Source: a virus
Lineage: Duplodnaviria; Caudoviricetes
Reading direction: 5' to 3' (one strand)
Length of the DNA stretch: 34,069 nucleotides
Virus record (IMG/VR): IMGVR_UViG_3300032155_000022
Span: 1 to 34,069 of that record
The notes below the pieces were generated by a model, which saw only the letters and a list, made by a program, of their open reading frames with translations, had not been told where the DNA came from and ran no database searches. Of this stretch, positions 33,924 through 34,069 are shown piece by piece. Each line of letters starts with the position of its first letter. Position 1 is the stretch's first letter. A program made the translations under genes and the position numbers.

Positions 33924-34069
33924 TGAGCGTTTTCAGACATCCCGCTGCGGCACTGGGTGGCGGTCTGCGTAATTGGTTCGGCGATGGGAGTGACGGGCAT
34001 CTGCGCCTCACTGCTGCCGCCGGTGCCGAGCAGTCGTTTGACGGCGTGTCGTGGTTGCCTATGCCAGGC
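33923..34069 (+). CDS. Partial ORF, probable tail fibre-associated protein (runs off window)
   Basis: TAATG overlap; open frame MSVFRHPAAALGGGLRNWFGDGSDG... to the window end. Confidence 0.55.
   Translation, partial: MSVFRHPAAALGGGLRNWFGDGSDGHLRLTAAAGAEQSFDGVSWLPMPG

Larger units (their letters stand above)
1..34069. mobile_element. P2-like (HP1/K139 gene order) prophage, incomplete at the right end
   Basis: Contiguous int-immunity-replication-head-tail modules; att sites not visible in the window. Confidence 0.95.

Noticed and set aside
32592-34069. Tail-fibre invertible cassette or diversity-generating retroelement
   Set aside because: No invertase, reverse transcriptase or template/variable repeat pair seen within the window.

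Overview
The window is most of a P2-like temperate prophage with HP1/K139-type gene order. It runs: tyrosine integrase and xis (left edge), repressor/Cro/CII switch, Zn-finger-TOPRIM-P-loop primase/helicase followed by an iteron-rich origin, an ~9 kb accessory hotspot, then ogr, portal, terminase, head, contractile tail, lysis, tape measure, baseplate and tail-fibre genes (cut off at the right edge). The hotspot holds a three-gene operon (C5 DNA methyltransferase, MORC/GHKL ATPase fused to a histidine kinase, receiver-domain protein) converging on an OLD-like ABC-ATPase/TOPRIM gene, a candidate phospho-relay-regulated defence system. The most distinctive non-coding signal is two separate C4/P4-CI-type antisense-RNA modules (about 14246-14985 and 30193-30818). 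They share a promoter style but have different loop/target codes, and each gates paralogous, very acidic small proteins. The second module sits with a higBA toxin-antitoxin pair in an insert that splits the baseplate genes. All calls come from reading motifs and synteny by eye; no database searches were run.
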